Origin: a virus
Direction: 5' to 3' (one strand)
Virus record (IMG/VR): IMGVR_UViG_3300014325_000010
Span: 33,130 to 97,129 of that record
Length of the DNA stretch: 64,000 nt
Of the stretch, positions 38,875 to 48,397 are shown in pieces (within the stretch, counting starts at the first letter, position 1; each line of letters opens with the position of its first letter). The notes below the pieces were generated by a model. It saw only the letters and a program-made list of their open reading frames with translations. It was not told the origin of the DNA and searched no databases. Made by a program: the position numbers and the translations under genes.

Positions 38875-39114
38875 TTACATCACTTTCTTTCCTTCGGCCA
38901 TTAACGCATAATGATTTAACTTAGATGCGACGTCACGAGCCTCTTCCGGTGAAAAGATTAGTCGTTCTGCGGCTACACCAAATTGCATCAGAACTTTACG
39001 AATTTCCGTATTGTGACCAAATAGGATTTGGCAGGGTTGCCCATCCATACCTTGTGGTAGATTAAATTTTGGTGCCGGGCCACTAGCTTTCTTTGAATTC
39101 AGAGGTTTAGCCAT
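38875..39114 (-). CDS. Hypothetical protein
   Basis: 79-aa ORF. A strong hairpin lies just upstream (39131-39162). Confidence 0.4.
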   Translation of the reverse strand: MAKPLNSKKASGPAPKFNLPQGMDGQPCQILFGHNTEIRKVLMQFGVAAERLIFSPEEARDVASKLNHYALMAEGKKVM

Positions 39115-39130
39115 ATAATTCCTAACAGGA

Positions 39131-39162
39131 TGAAACCCAACGGTCCGTAAAGACCGTTGGGT
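39131..39162. other. Intergenic perfect hairpin (13-bp stem)
   Basis: aaacccaacggtc-cgtaaa-gaccgttgggttt, between consecutive minus-strand genes. No clean U-tract on the minus strand. Confidence 0.4.
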
Positions 39163-39169
39163 TTCACCG

Positions 39170-39526
39170 TTATTTCTTCGTTACTTCGCCACCTGACAAT
39201 TCCAAAGTAGCCGCCGCGTTCGAGGCAAACCGGGCCATTGCCGCTTCGATAGTCATAGTGTTGTCTTGCAGGTCTGCAAAAGCAACAGGGCTGATTTCTC
39301 GAACCGGAATATCCGGATGTCCATCTGCCATAAGAGCCTCTAGTTTGGCTAGAGCATCTTCCAGCAGTGCTTTACGGCGATCGTAAAGCGCAAGTGACGC
39401 CTCGATTTCCGCCTTAGTCGCGTCTTTGAGATCAAGTCGATCAAAATCTCGAAGACCTTCGTGCTGAGGAGCGAAGGCTGCCAAGAGGTTTTGAATCTCT
39501 ACGATAGCCTGTTGAACTGCAGTCAT
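39170..39526 (-). CDS. Hypothetical protein
   Basis: 118 aa. Strong Shine-Dalgarno (reverse complement of 39527-39541 gives TTAGGAGGTAGCCAATG). Confidence 0.45.
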   Translation of the reverse strand: MTAVQQAIVEIQNLLAAFAPQHEGLRDFDRLDLKDATKAEIEASLALYDRRKALLEDALAKLEALMADGHPDIPVREISPVAFADLQDNTMTIEAAMARFASNAAATLELSGGEVTKK

Positions 39527-39541
39527 TGGCTACCTCCTAAA

Positions 39542-39889
39542 TTAGACGGGAGGAGCCGGAGCCTTTGGTTGGACCACACCTGCCGAGAAACCAAAGTTCT
39601 TTGCGTGAGCACTTGTCACGGTCAAAGTAACGGTGTCTTGAATCGTTTCAACACCAGCACCCAGATCCGCATCTGCCTCCACCAGATAAACTGTGTCAGC
39701 AATAGCGTCACCAGAAATCAGATCAAAGTTCAAAGGCGAAGCGGGATCCTGAGCAAAAGTCCCGTCACCACTCTGCACTGTGATCTTTAGTGCGCCATCA
39801 ATCTGTGCCGGCTTACCACCAGAAGTAAGAGGGGTAGCAGCACAACCAACGACCATCTCCTCATTCGAACAAGCAACAGCCAAGCCCAT
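39542..39889 (-). CDS. Ig-like domain protein (possible capsid/fibre accessory)
   Basis: 115 aa. Beta-sandwich-like composition (ITVQSGDGTF...TVTLTVTSAHA), Pro-rich C-terminal tail. Confidence 0.4.
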   Translation of the reverse strand: MGLAVACSNEEMVVGCAATPLTSGGKPAQIDGALKITVQSGDGTFAQDPASPLNFDLISGDAIADTVYLVEADADLGAGVETIQDTVTLTVTSAHAKNFGFSAGVVQPKAPAPPV

Positions 39890-39997
39890 GTTAGACTCCT
39901 TTGTTTACGAACGTGACCAAGAATAGATACGTGAGAAAATTACTCTACTACAGGAACCGTCTGAAGTAAAGATCTTTAGATCATCTTTAATGGTCCT

Positions 39998-40720
39998 TTA
40001 CACTATCTTAACACTACCATATTCTTCCTTACTTGGTAGATCTTGAAATTGATTTGCTTTTCTTAAATTGCTTGGAATTCGAGAGGCTCTAGCTTTAGCA
40101 GATTCGCTCATTTTCTCGTGATTCATGCCAGCCATGTGTCTCGCACGTTCTTCTTCAGTCCAGGGTCGCCGCTTTTTACCAGCTTGAGCTGCGGCTATTT
40201 TCGCGTTCCATTCTGGAGTTCGTTGTCGTGCATGCGGTTTGCCTAATTTGGCTAGACGCATTTTCTCTTTAGCTTCGTCAGAACGCTTGAGACCAGTTTG
40301 GATACGTTTATTTGTTTCTATGATAACTTCACGATGAGCTTGTCCTGCTTCAGAAGCCCAATAATCTAACATAATCCTACTCTGGTGTTCACGACGTTCG
40401 TCTGTTCTTTCAAAATTACCATCACCACCAAGAGTTCCATTAACCAATAGATGACCATTTTCTTTATATTCTTTAATAAATTCTCTTTCCAGAAGTGCAG
40501 CATCATCCATTGTCTCTACAATTGCTAATATCCGCCAATCAGGAAGTATATTTTATGCAACTAATTCCTTTAACCAATTACATTTATTTGTGTGACCCTT
40601 ACCCTTTTTTGCCACGGAAATATGGTGACGAACTCTACTTTCTGCTTTTCTGGAAAACCCAATGTATCTTACATGAATAGGGTCTCGTGGATCAAAGAGA
40701 GCATAAACCGTATAAGACAT
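39998..40720 (-). pseudogene. GIY-YIG homing endonuclease gene interrupted by an in-frame TAA (forward 40553-40555)
   Basis: Reverse complement of 40556-40720 reads MSYTVYALFDPRDPIHVRYIGFS...NWLKELVA (GIY...YIG motif), then TAA. The same frame continues NILPDWRILAIVET-MDDAALLEREFIKEYKENGHLLVN (rest of the GIY-YIG core) and a C-terminal Lys/Arg-rich NUMOD-like DNA-binding region (39998-40510 ORF). Flanked by an AT-rich spacer containing a 19-bp inverted repeat (40758-40777 / 40808-40825). Confidence 0.6.
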
Positions 40721-40843
40721 GTTAACTCCTTTACGGTTTATACTACTCTAAGAACGTCTAGAAATAAAGTTCTTTATTTCGTCTTAAAATTATCTTTAAG
40801 AAATCTAAAGAACTTTATTCTAGTAACATCCAACTTGAATTTT

Positions 40844-41476
40844 CTAAGTACTGAAAACGAAGTTGTACGTAATGTTCAGAGCCTGTGTGGTTCCTTTCGT
40901 TGAACTTGCAAACGTAGCCAAGCTATGTGCCGTTCCCGCACCAACCGAACTATTGTGATACTGCGCAATGCAATTCACAGTCTGGGCGTGCGAAATGTAA
41001 GACGACACGTATTGGAACGATTGCGACAGTGTCCAAGTTCCAGACAATAGCTGAGAACCCACCGAAACAGTCGCGCGGCTCACGCCACCGGTGGACGCTA
41101 ACGGCCATTCAGTCGAGTCGATAGCAGACATAGTCGAGAAGTTGGAAGATTGTGCCTGAGTCTGGTAGCCAATACCCCAGAATCGAGCAAAACCCATGTC
41201 GCTGATGACGGTTGCAGCAACAGACGAGGCGCTGGAAGCCAACCCCGCATAGTTACGAACCACCATACCATGCCCGTAGGTGGTGATTACGTTCTCGTGG
41301 TAATCACCAATCTGTTCCTCACCGGTAATGCAGTCAACCAGTGCACCCCGAATGAAGCCCCGAATACGAGGCATTTCGCCAGGACGGCTACGTCCCATCT
41401 TAGGCACAACGCCGGTCTTTCGAACGACGTGAACCTTTCCGTCGTGTGTATGAATCTTGTCACCCTTCTGAAACAT
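40844..41476 (-). CDS. Hypothetical protein (Ser/Thr/Ala-rich C-terminal half)
   Basis: 210-aa ORF. Confidence 0.4.
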   Translation of the reverse strand: MFQKGDKIHTHDGKVHVVRKTGVVPKMGRSRPGEMPRIRGFIRGALVDCITGEEQIGDYHENVITTYGHGMVVRNYAGLASSASSVAATVISDMGFARFWGIGYQTQAQSSNFSTMSAIDSTEWPLASTGGVSRATVSVGSQLLSGTWTLSQSFQYVSSYISHAQTVNCIAQYHNSSVGAGTAHSLATFASSTKGTTQALNITYNFVFST

Positions 41477-41516
41477 TCGGATCTCCTTTAACGGTTAACT
41501 GCATTATTCGAGACGA

Positions 41517-42620
41517 TTACTTTGGAGCTACATCCAAACTGATTGTAGGAGCAAGAGCAGGTGCCGGTGCATTTGGTACATTTGGAACATTAGCACCTAG
41601 ATCAATATCAGCTATATGGTCATCGTAAATAGTGCTCGTATTATCGGTAAGAATACTCACTAATTTCAATTGGGTCCCACCAGAAGTTGTACGATACAAT
41701 TTTCTTGCTATCGTTCCAGTTGGACCTACTGCGATCCCAGCAACTTGCGCATAAAACGGACCTCCAGTAAGTGGTCCTGGTACAGTAGCACTTGCACTTG
41801 GCGCTGATTCAGTAGCCGTTGAAACCCAAGTATATGCCCAAGAACGAACACTATCCCCAGACTTAAAAGGAAACGACAGCACTTGTATATTCGAGGTGGA
41901 TGTAAGAATTCTCCCACTCTCATCTCGAAGAGACAAAGTTACTGTGTATCTACCAACTTTCAAGCCATTTACTACTCCTGGTACAGACATTCTACCAGTT
42001 GCAGCCGTTCCATCCGTTAATCCAGTTGTAACCGTTTCGGGTGATGGACTCGAATCAAAAACAATATCACGAAAATAGTTGTCGGAATTTCTAGTCGCTG
42101 GGTATCTACCGGAAGCAGCATATACACCAATTGATCCAGTAAGTGTATTATTCACGATTGCTTTCGAATAGCCATTTTTGATAGTTGCGTAATGCGCTCC
42201 GCTTGGGTTATTGACACTAGCCACAAAGACCACATTAGCATCTATGGCTACTGGAGTAATTGCCTGTTCTTGCCATCCAGAAGGGGTTTCATTAACAAAG
42301 GTAGCAGTTGCAAGCAAAGTACCAGAAGTATTCCACAAATGACCAATATGTGGACCAAGATCACCAAGCATTTTGTAGAACCGAATAGCTGTGACTCTTC
42401 CAGCAACAGAACTTTTTGCTTGAAGTCCTAATTCGTTTGAACTTGTACCACCAGAAGACACAGGAACTTGGGTGGTCAAAACAGTATTTAATACTGGTCC
42501 TGCTCCGGCGTCTTGCGCTCTCGGATTTTGCACCAATAGAAATAATACGAATGCTAGACTCAATTTATGTATCACTTGGTTTCTCTGGTTTTTTGGAAAG
42601 TCCATCTCTTGGAATTCCAT
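41517..42620 (-). CDS. Secreted beta-rich protein with N-terminal signal peptide
   Basis: 367 aa. N-terminal charged n-region then LSLAFVLFLLV and AQDA cleavage-like site. S/T/G/N-rich body. 5' end overlaps the preceding gene by about 50 nt, so the true start may be an internal Met. Confidence 0.45.
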   Translation of the reverse strand: MEFQEMDFPKNQRNQVIHKLSLAFVLFLLVQNPRAQDAGAGPVLNTVLTTQVPVSSGGTSSNELGLQAKSSVAGRVTAIRFYKMLGDLGPHIGHLWNTSGTLLATATFVNETPSGWQEQAITPVAIDANVVFVASVNNPSGAHYATIKNGYSKAIVNNTLTGSIGVYAASGRYPATRNSDNYFRDIVFDSSPSPETVTTGLTDGTAATGRMSVPGVVNGLKVGRYTVTLSLRDESGRILTSTSNIQVLSFPFKSGDSVRSWAYTWVSTATESAPSASATVPGPLTGGPFYAQVAGIAVGPTGTIARKLYRTTSGGTQLKLVSILTDNTSTIYDDHIADIDLGANVPNVPNAPAPALAPTISLDVAPK

Positions 42621-42801
42621 ATCGCTTCATTTTATGATTCATCATACGCGGACTAATACCCAACACCTCTGCTGCCTTTTTTTGATTACCACCAGAAAAT
42701 GCTAGCGATTCGAGTAAAACACTTCTAATAACAGACTTTAACGTTGGTGGTTTCTTTACAGGAACCCATTCACCATTTTCGTCTTCATAATATTGTTTCA
42801 T
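42565..42801 (-). CDS. Fis-family helix-turn-helix DNA-binding protein
   Basis: 78 aa. C-terminal GNQKKAAEVLGISPRMMNHKMKRYGI matches Fis/NtrC-type HTH_8. Confidence 0.5.
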   Translation of the reverse strand: MKQYYEDENGEWVPVKKPPTLKSVIRSVLLESLAFSGGNQKKAAEVLGISPRMMNHKMKRYGIPRDGLSKKPEKPSDT

Positions 42802-42962
42802 ATTACTCCTTTGGTATTACATACACACAGGATTCGGAATAAGCAAAAGATTCTTCATCCGTCGTATCCATAAGCAAAAAGTCAGAATGAAAAATTCGTT
42901 CGCCCCAAAGCACAATATCCGGAGGATTAGGGAATTCTGGTATTTGAGCCGCCGCAATAAAT

Positions 42963-44432
42963 TCACCGGACCGCGTGTATAACTCGATCTTCATGGTAAG
43001 GTGTCTTCTGTGTCATACGATTCAAAATTTCCTTACGACGTTCTAAAGAAAGCACAGCCCACTTACGAGCAAAGACAGTTGCAGCTGCGGGAAGCTGTTT
43101 TTGTCTTTGGGTCTTAGCCGGCAGGTTCTTTGTTTCTTGTACAGGTTGCACATCCATCTGTACAGGAAATTCCCGATATGGTAATCCGAGAAGGCGATCT
43201 CGAATTTCGTTTGCGTCCACAACCTTTTCTTTAGCATCCGTATTCAATTGCGCCCAAAGAGTAGCAACTTGTGCTCTTTGCAAGACGTCAAGGTTTTGAA
43301 TTTCGGGCCATCTAACCTCATATTTTTTCGGTTCCGGTAAAGCTCCATGGTCAATTAAGCGATCGACCAACTGCTTTACGACTAAAGGTCCGGCAAAAGC
43401 ATTCCGCCTGTCTGTGACCCGCTCAGCCCAATTATCTCTATCCTGATTGCTTGCTAATTCACCGCGCTCGCTACCCATTAAGATTCGTTGAGGAATACCC
43501 GTTCCGGCTGAGATTTGAGAAATAATGGCATCCATTGGTCCTTTAAAGTTAGCGACCTGGGAACCAAGATTCTTCATCTCGATACCACGTGTCAAGATAC
43601 TCCGTCGATATTTATGTAAATAATCTTCTAACTGCTGCTCAGTTTTTTCTTGATCTTTTTCGTCAAAATCCAATTCGGAATCCACATTGAGTTGAATTCC
43701 AGCATCAGCCCTCTTCCAAAATGCCTCAGATCCTCCTCCTGTCACCTTTTCCAGGTCATCGAGGAGGTTCCACACCCGTTCAAGACGAGGGGTTGCGTAT
43801 ACGTTATCGTCAAGAAGACCGTCGGCAATATGGATACAACGTGTCCAATGCGCTTTTCGTCCAACAGTGGAAAACGCTGTTGTCTGTCCACTAGCTCCAG
43901 AAGGGGGCACCCTTCTCAACATGTAATACAGAGGAAGACCCCAACGAGGATTAGTAGCATCTCGTTCAAATTCGTTAATAACCGCATCTTCTTCGGCAAA
44001 TACTTGTAGATAACCAATTGATTCTGGGTCAGATAGTTCTGGAAGTGGTGTCGTAAGCTCGCCAGGTGCGCCAATAAGAATCACACCATATTGTCCAAGC
44101 CCAGAGACAATATCTGCTCGTTGTAAAACAGACCAGATTTTGAGCCGCGTTTCGAGGAGTTCCCATTCCTGCTCAAATTCCGTGAAGGTATCTGGGTCTT
44201 CATCCTCGATAACTTCGGCTCCACCTCGCCAGGTAGCTTGTGGCTTTGCTTCCACAATTCGTCCGGCAACTGCATTACGGCGATAACGATCACGGTACAT
44301 TTGTGGCACAAGAACACGATCATAGCCACAAACAGCAAAAATGTCCCGTTTACCACCGTATGTAAGTCCAGCAAGAGAAGCTAGTCGTGCTCGCGACGAA
44401 ATTACCGAAGCGACAAGAGACCTCAGATTCAT
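42963..44432 (-). CDS. Putative portal protein
   Basis: 489 aa, acidic, located downstream of the large terminase in the late operon and upstream of head genes. Assignment mainly by position and size. Confidence 0.55.
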   Translation of the reverse strand: MNLRSLVASVISSRARLASLAGLTYGGKRDIFAVCGYDRVLVPQMYRDRYRRNAVAGRIVEAKPQATWRGGAEVIEDEDPDTFTEFEQEWELLETRLKIWSVLQRADIVSGLGQYGVILIGAPGELTTPLPELSDPESIGYLQVFAEEDAVINEFERDATNPRWGLPLYYMLRRVPPSGASGQTTAFSTVGRKAHWTRCIHIADGLLDDNVYATPRLERVWNLLDDLEKVTGGGSEAFWKRADAGIQLNVDSELDFDEKDQEKTEQQLEDYLHKYRRSILTRGIEMKNLGSQVANFKGPMDAIISQISAGTGIPQRILMGSERGELASNQDRDNWAERVTDRRNAFAGPLVVKQLVDRLIDHGALPEPKKYEVRWPEIQNLDVLQRAQVATLWAQLNTDAKEKVVDANEIRDRLLGLPYREFPVQMDVQPVQETKNLPAKTQRQKQLPAAATVFARKWAVLSLERRKEILNRMTQKTPYHEDRVIHAVR

Positions 44433-44446
44433 CTTGATTTCCTAAT

Positions 44447-45052
44447 TTACTTTTGGTTCTGTACTGCCGATGAAATCATAAGCCATTGTGCTACAGCTAA
44501 AAGTAATTCGGTTCCCTCACCACTTTTAGGGACCATGGCGTTACATCCGGAGTCCAGAGCTTTTTTACGTCCTGCATAACGTTCGGATAAGCTGGGCCCA
44601 ACAGATCCACTATGAGCAATAATTGGAACCTGCCATCCCGTTAAACGAACTTGTCGTGCGAACTCATAACCATCCATCATACCCAATCGTATATCGAGAA
44701 CGATTAAGTCTGGTAGTCCTTCGTTCACTAAAGAAGCTAATGCGGTTTCTGCATTAGAACAAGTTCGAACTTTATATCCGGTCGTTTTAAGGATCGTAGT
44801 GGTTAATCGTAAAGTAACCGGATCATCCTCGACTACCAAAATTTCTTTTTCACTGGGAACCACTTCTTTGGGAACAATCCGCGCGTTTCCAAATGTAGCA
44901 ACCACAGTACGATTGGTATCGATAGCATCCAATGTTGCTCGGGAGTGAGTAGTGATTACAGACGATAGATGTTTTGTCTGTTGTGTCAAAACGAACAAAA
45001 TTGCAAGAATGCCAAGAACGATGAGCCCTATAAAAATGGCTAAGTAATTCAT
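44447..45052 (-). CDS. Membrane-anchored response-regulator receiver (CheY-like REC) domain protein
   Basis: 201 aa. N-terminal TM helix MNYLAIFIGLIVLGILAILFVL. The REC domain has all conserved positions: ILVVEDDP (acidic pair), LIVLDIRLG (phospho-acceptor Asp), IIAHSGS (Thr/Ser), AMVPK (Lys). Confidence 0.65.
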   Translation of the reverse strand: MNYLAIFIGLIVLGILAILFVLTQQTKHLSSVITTHSRATLDAIDTNRTVVATFGNARIVPKEVVPSEKEILVVEDDPVTLRLTTTILKTTGYKVRTCSNAETALASLVNEGLPDLIVLDIRLGMMDGYEFARQVRLTGWQVPIIAHSGSVGPSLSERYAGRKKALDSGCNAMVPKSGEGTELLLAVAQWLMISSAVQNQK

Positions 45053-45678
45053 GGTTTCTGTTCTTTGTCTAGTTGAGGTGCCTGTTTTTGGAATGATAAC
45101 TGTTGCTGTTGTACAATTTCAAATAATTTTTGCAATAATTCTCCTTGTTTTAAGTTTGCTTGACTCAATGCTTTAAGTTTTTCATTCACACCATTCGCTT
45201 CATGATAAGCAGCATCAGCTTTATCTGCCACATAATTCTTTGATTGTTCAATAGCTTGCGTTAAAACGTTTGTTTGATCATTAGCAATTCGTTGTGTATC
45301 TTCTCGTACTTCTATTTTATGTATATCCGTTTTCATTGCAAGGGCGTCAGTTCGGTCGCGTAAAGAATTAGCAGCAGCATGTAATTGATTTTGTACATTA
45401 CTTGCTTCAGTTACAACTTGTGTTTGAAGTTTTGCTGCTACTTCAATTCGTTCTGCTTTTTCGAGAGCCGCCTTTTCGCGTCGATCAGCAGCATCCATAT
45501 CATGCTGCAATTTTATCATTTCCATCGCGTATTTTTGATCTCGACTTGTCTTCCATAGCATTGCCAAAGTGGAAATTAGAGATACAAGTACGAGGACAAT
45601 TTGTCCACTATAAGTCGCTAGAACAGAACTAGCTGTCGCAGCAGCCGTTGCAGCAGCTGTAGCAGTTGTTGGATCCAT
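45049..45678 (-). CDS. Single-pass membrane protein with long coiled-coil ectodomain/cytoplasmic domain
   Basis: 209 aa. TM IVLVLVSLISTLAML, then heptad-like Gln/Ala/Glu/Lys-rich sequence. Start overlaps the upstream stop (45678) and stop overlaps the downstream start (45049-45052). Confidence 0.5.
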   Translation of the reverse strand: MDPTTATAAATAAATASSVLATYSGQIVLVLVSLISTLAMLWKTSRDQKYAMEMIKLQHDMDAADRREKAALEKAERIEVAAKLQTQVVTEASNVQNQLHAAANSLRDRTDALAMKTDIHKIEVREDTQRIANDQTNVLTQAIEQSKNYVADKADAAYHEANGVNEKLKALSQANLKQGELLQKLFEIVQQQQLSFQKQAPQLDKEQKP

Positions 45679-46226
45679 TAACTTGCCGACTTATTTAATC
45701 CTTCGACGATACGGTTAGCAGCAGCTGTCATTAGTTTTTCTGCAGCAACTGCTGCTGCATTTAATCTATCAGCCGCAGCAATAGCGGCATCATCAATAAC
45801 TTTCTTTGCTGCCATTGCTGCAATCCCTGGATCTGTAGAAGCAGCCGCAATATTAGAACTATCGAGGGCACCTTCAGCATGACTCGCTTTGGCAGTAAGA
45901 GCCACCAATTGACTCAATCTACTGTTAACCGCTAAATGTACTTGTTGCACACTAGCTGCCAAAAATGCCATAATAACGGGAACCAAAAATCCTAACACAA
46001 CTGTGATCAAAGATGAGTTATCTTTATCAGGCCGTATCAGAAAAATAATTAGAATCGCGATAACCGCCACGACGGAAAGACCAATTACAGCCCAAACATA
46101 GATACTCGCATTAGAAGATTGTGTTGGATCAGTAGTTGTGGGGCTATGTGTTTGTATCAAATCATACACCGAACTTTCTCTTAATTTATCGGAGTATCGT
46201 GTCCCGGCGTCGTCTTTATTTTCCAT
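45678..46226 (-). CDS. Two-TM membrane protein (holin-like topology) with Ala-rich C-terminus
   Basis: 182 aa. TM1 IYVWAVIGLSVVAVIAILIIFLI, TM2 LITVVLGFLVPVIMAFLAASV. Start abuts the terminase stop (46226/46227). Confidence 0.5.
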   Translation of the reverse strand: MENKDDAGTRYSDKLRESSVYDLIQTHSPTTTDPTQSSNASIYVWAVIGLSVVAVIAILIIFLIRPDKDNSSLITVVLGFLVPVIMAFLAASVQQVHLAVNSRLSQLVALTAKASHAEGALDSSNIAAASTDPGIAAMAAKKVIDDAAIAAADRLNAAAVAAEKLMTAAANRIVEGLNKSAS

Positions 46227-47783
46227 TTAGAGGTCACCCCTTTTACCCCATACGCCGCCGTGTTTTTTCGGTGTTTCCGAGATGGGCTTACAAAATGCTA
46301 ACATCAAAGCATCTGCGCGGTTAGGAGAAGGGATTCCACGTCGTTTCGCTTCGTCTTTACTTTCAATAAGAATTTTTCCACTGGAACTACGTTTATAGCG
46401 TAGTTCTACAAGTTCGGCAGCAAGATCATCATCATTAGGATCAAGATCGATTTGACCAGACTCAAATAAATCTCGAACTCGCCACCAAGATTCCGCTCGA
46501 AAATTACCAAAATCCTCTTCGCCGGCTTCGCTTGGGCTGGACGATACGTTGATACCAATAACATTTTTCTTCAGTTCGAGTGCACGATCAGTCACACCAC
46601 GGCCAATACCAATCACGTCAATTTTAGCGAGAGTAGCACCAGTTTTGTTCATGTCGGCAATAACGTTACCACATGTTTCCATGGTGTCTGGATTATGGTC
46701 TTCGCGTATGACGCGAACTACGCCACCTCGCCGATGCGCGATACAGGATGTATCGCCACCACCACCAACGTCGACTCCTAATTCGTTTTTCAATCCAGGC
46801 GAGAGAGTTCTCGCCTGGGCTGCTAAAATCCAAGAGATTGGTATAAGTCCGCCAGCATCGGCAAATTCGGGAAACTTCCCTAATATTTTCGATTGCCAAA
46901 GTGGATTTGTGTCGGTTGGGCTATCTCCCTCAGGTGGAATACACCGAACACCATCCTGGGGTAGACAAGGATCTCCATTTCTGTCAATCCAAAACCATTT
47001 TGGAGCCCATTTTCGACGCTTGTCTTCGACGTAGGTGTGTCCAATCAGCTGGCCACGGATAAAGGCAGGAATATCTTCGCCAGTGAAATTTGGTGTTTCG
47101 AAAGCACCAATTTCGATTACATGCCATCCTGATCCCGGTTTGTTGTTTTCAAAGAATTCGCCATTTGGATCATCGGGATTACCAATAACAACCATCTTAC
47201 TCTGGTCATTTGCAATCAACGAATCCGCGGCCTCCCATAGAGGGCCGCGAATTCCGTTCCCCTCATCAAAGATGACCAGGACTCGTGGAGCATGAATTCC
47301 TTGGAACGCGTCAGGGTTAAAATCATCAGGCTTACGACCATAAGCAACAAGTTCTTCTTTACCACCTTCAACCGGTAACAGCCATTCTGTTTGGTTCATT
47401 CTACCACCAAGCTTACCTTTGGTATGAACCCGGTTGATTTCGCGCCACAAAATGGTTCGAACTTGGTGAGCGCTGGGTGCGCTCGTAATCGCAAATGCTT
47501 CGCCAGGTGGGCTTGTGTCAATCCACCAACCCGCGATTCGGCTAGCAATGAAAGATTTCCCTACGTCGTGGCAACTACGAATCAAGGTTTTGCGATGTGT
47601 AGCAACCGCTTCTAATATTCGTTTCTGTGCACTCCACAAAGTATCGCGTAATTTGATTTCGTTCCACGCCACTGGGTCGAGGAGGAAATGGCGACGTGCC
47701 ATCTCCTCTTCTAGCGCCGCCAGTTCGGCGATAGGGTCTTCGATCTCGTAGTCGTCGTCGTTAGAAAATTGGGAAGCTTCCAT
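46227..47783 (-). CDS. Terminase large subunit
   Basis: 518 aa. Walker A IRSCHDVGKS, Walker B VLVIFDEG, C-terminal RNaseH-like nuclease segment (GVDVGGGGD...IGIGRGV...SPNRADALM). Confidence 0.85.
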   Translation of the reverse strand: MEASQFSNDDDYEIEDPIAELAALEEEMARRHFLLDPVAWNEIKLRDTLWSAQKRILEAVATHRKTLIRSCHDVGKSFIASRIAGWWIDTSPPGEAFAITSAPSAHQVRTILWREINRVHTKGKLGGRMNQTEWLLPVEGGKEELVAYGRKPDDFNPDAFQGIHAPRVLVIFDEGNGIRGPLWEAADSLIANDQSKMVVIGNPDDPNGEFFENNKPGSGWHVIEIGAFETPNFTGEDIPAFIRGQLIGHTYVEDKRRKWAPKWFWIDRNGDPCLPQDGVRCIPPEGDSPTDTNPLWQSKILGKFPEFADAGGLIPISWILAAQARTLSPGLKNELGVDVGGGGDTSCIAHRRGGVVRVIREDHNPDTMETCGNVIADMNKTGATLAKIDVIGIGRGVTDRALELKKNVIGINVSSSPSEAGEEDFGNFRAESWWRVRDLFESGQIDLDPNDDDLAAELVELRYKRSSSGKILIESKDEAKRRGIPSPNRADALMLAFCKPISETPKKHGGVWGKRGDL

Positions 47784-47830
47784 GTTTGGAACTCAATCTA
47801 CGATTTCGTTCCCTTCGTTTCGTTCCCCTC

Positions 47831-48220
47831 TTAGTGTATCGACCTAGGAGTAAAGTCCGTTACGTTGCTTCGCTTTTCTTCCTCTATCGATTCCGTTGAT
47901 ACAATGGCTTTCGCATCCAGATACTGCTTCAGCTTGGTAGCCCGCTTCTGCAGCTCTTCTTGCGACAACTTACTGTAGTCCAGCTTGTCGTCAACCGTAA
48001 TCGTCGAGTGAGTACCAAAACCCGTTCTATCAAGGATAGCACAGGCTGCTTTCACGGAGATGTAGTCGTCTTTATCGCCAGTAGCGATTGCTCGCTGTAA
48101 GGCTTCGATGGATGGTTCGACGAGTTCCAGTAATTTTCTCTTTCCGAGCCTGCGAACCTCGGAAAGAGAAAGACTCGCCTTCGGCGGATTATTCGGTGGA
48201 TTATCTTTGAATAGACTCAT
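47831..48220 (-). CDS. Putative terminase small subunit
   Basis: 129-aa ORF immediately upstream of the large terminase and first gene of the leftward operon. Basic N-terminus with helix-rich region. Confidence 0.45.
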   Translation of the reverse strand: MSLFKDNPPNNPPKASLSLSEVRRLGKRKLLELVEPSIEALQRAIATGDKDDYISVKAACAILDRTGFGTHSTITVDDKLDYSKLSQEELQKRATKLKQYLDAKAIVSTESIEEEKRSNVTDFTPRSIH

Positions 48221-48397
48221 GCTCGTTACACCTAGAAGTTATTGTAGCTGATCGGCAGGGTAATCACAAGACCTTTTTTTGGGCCGGGTTTTCATTTCAC
48301 CAAAAAAGTCCAATAAAATTCACCAAGATAAGTTTGAACGAGCTTTGGAAGAAAGATTTAACTTTACATTTAAGTAAGATCTATAATAACTTAAGGC

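Noticed and set aside
39542-39889. Lipoprotein signal (LAVAC) at the N-terminus of the Ig-like protein
   Set aside because: Only 6 residues precede the Cys and there is no n-region or hydrophobic h-region, so this is not a signal peptide.
40553-40555. Stop-codon reassignment (TAA read through) as explanation for the split GIY-YIG gene
   Set aside because: Many well-supported genes in the window terminate with TAA at the expected position (for example chaperone G at 12052-12054 and the 48398-48955 gene), so TAA functions as a stop. A nonsense mutation or pseudogene is the simpler reading.
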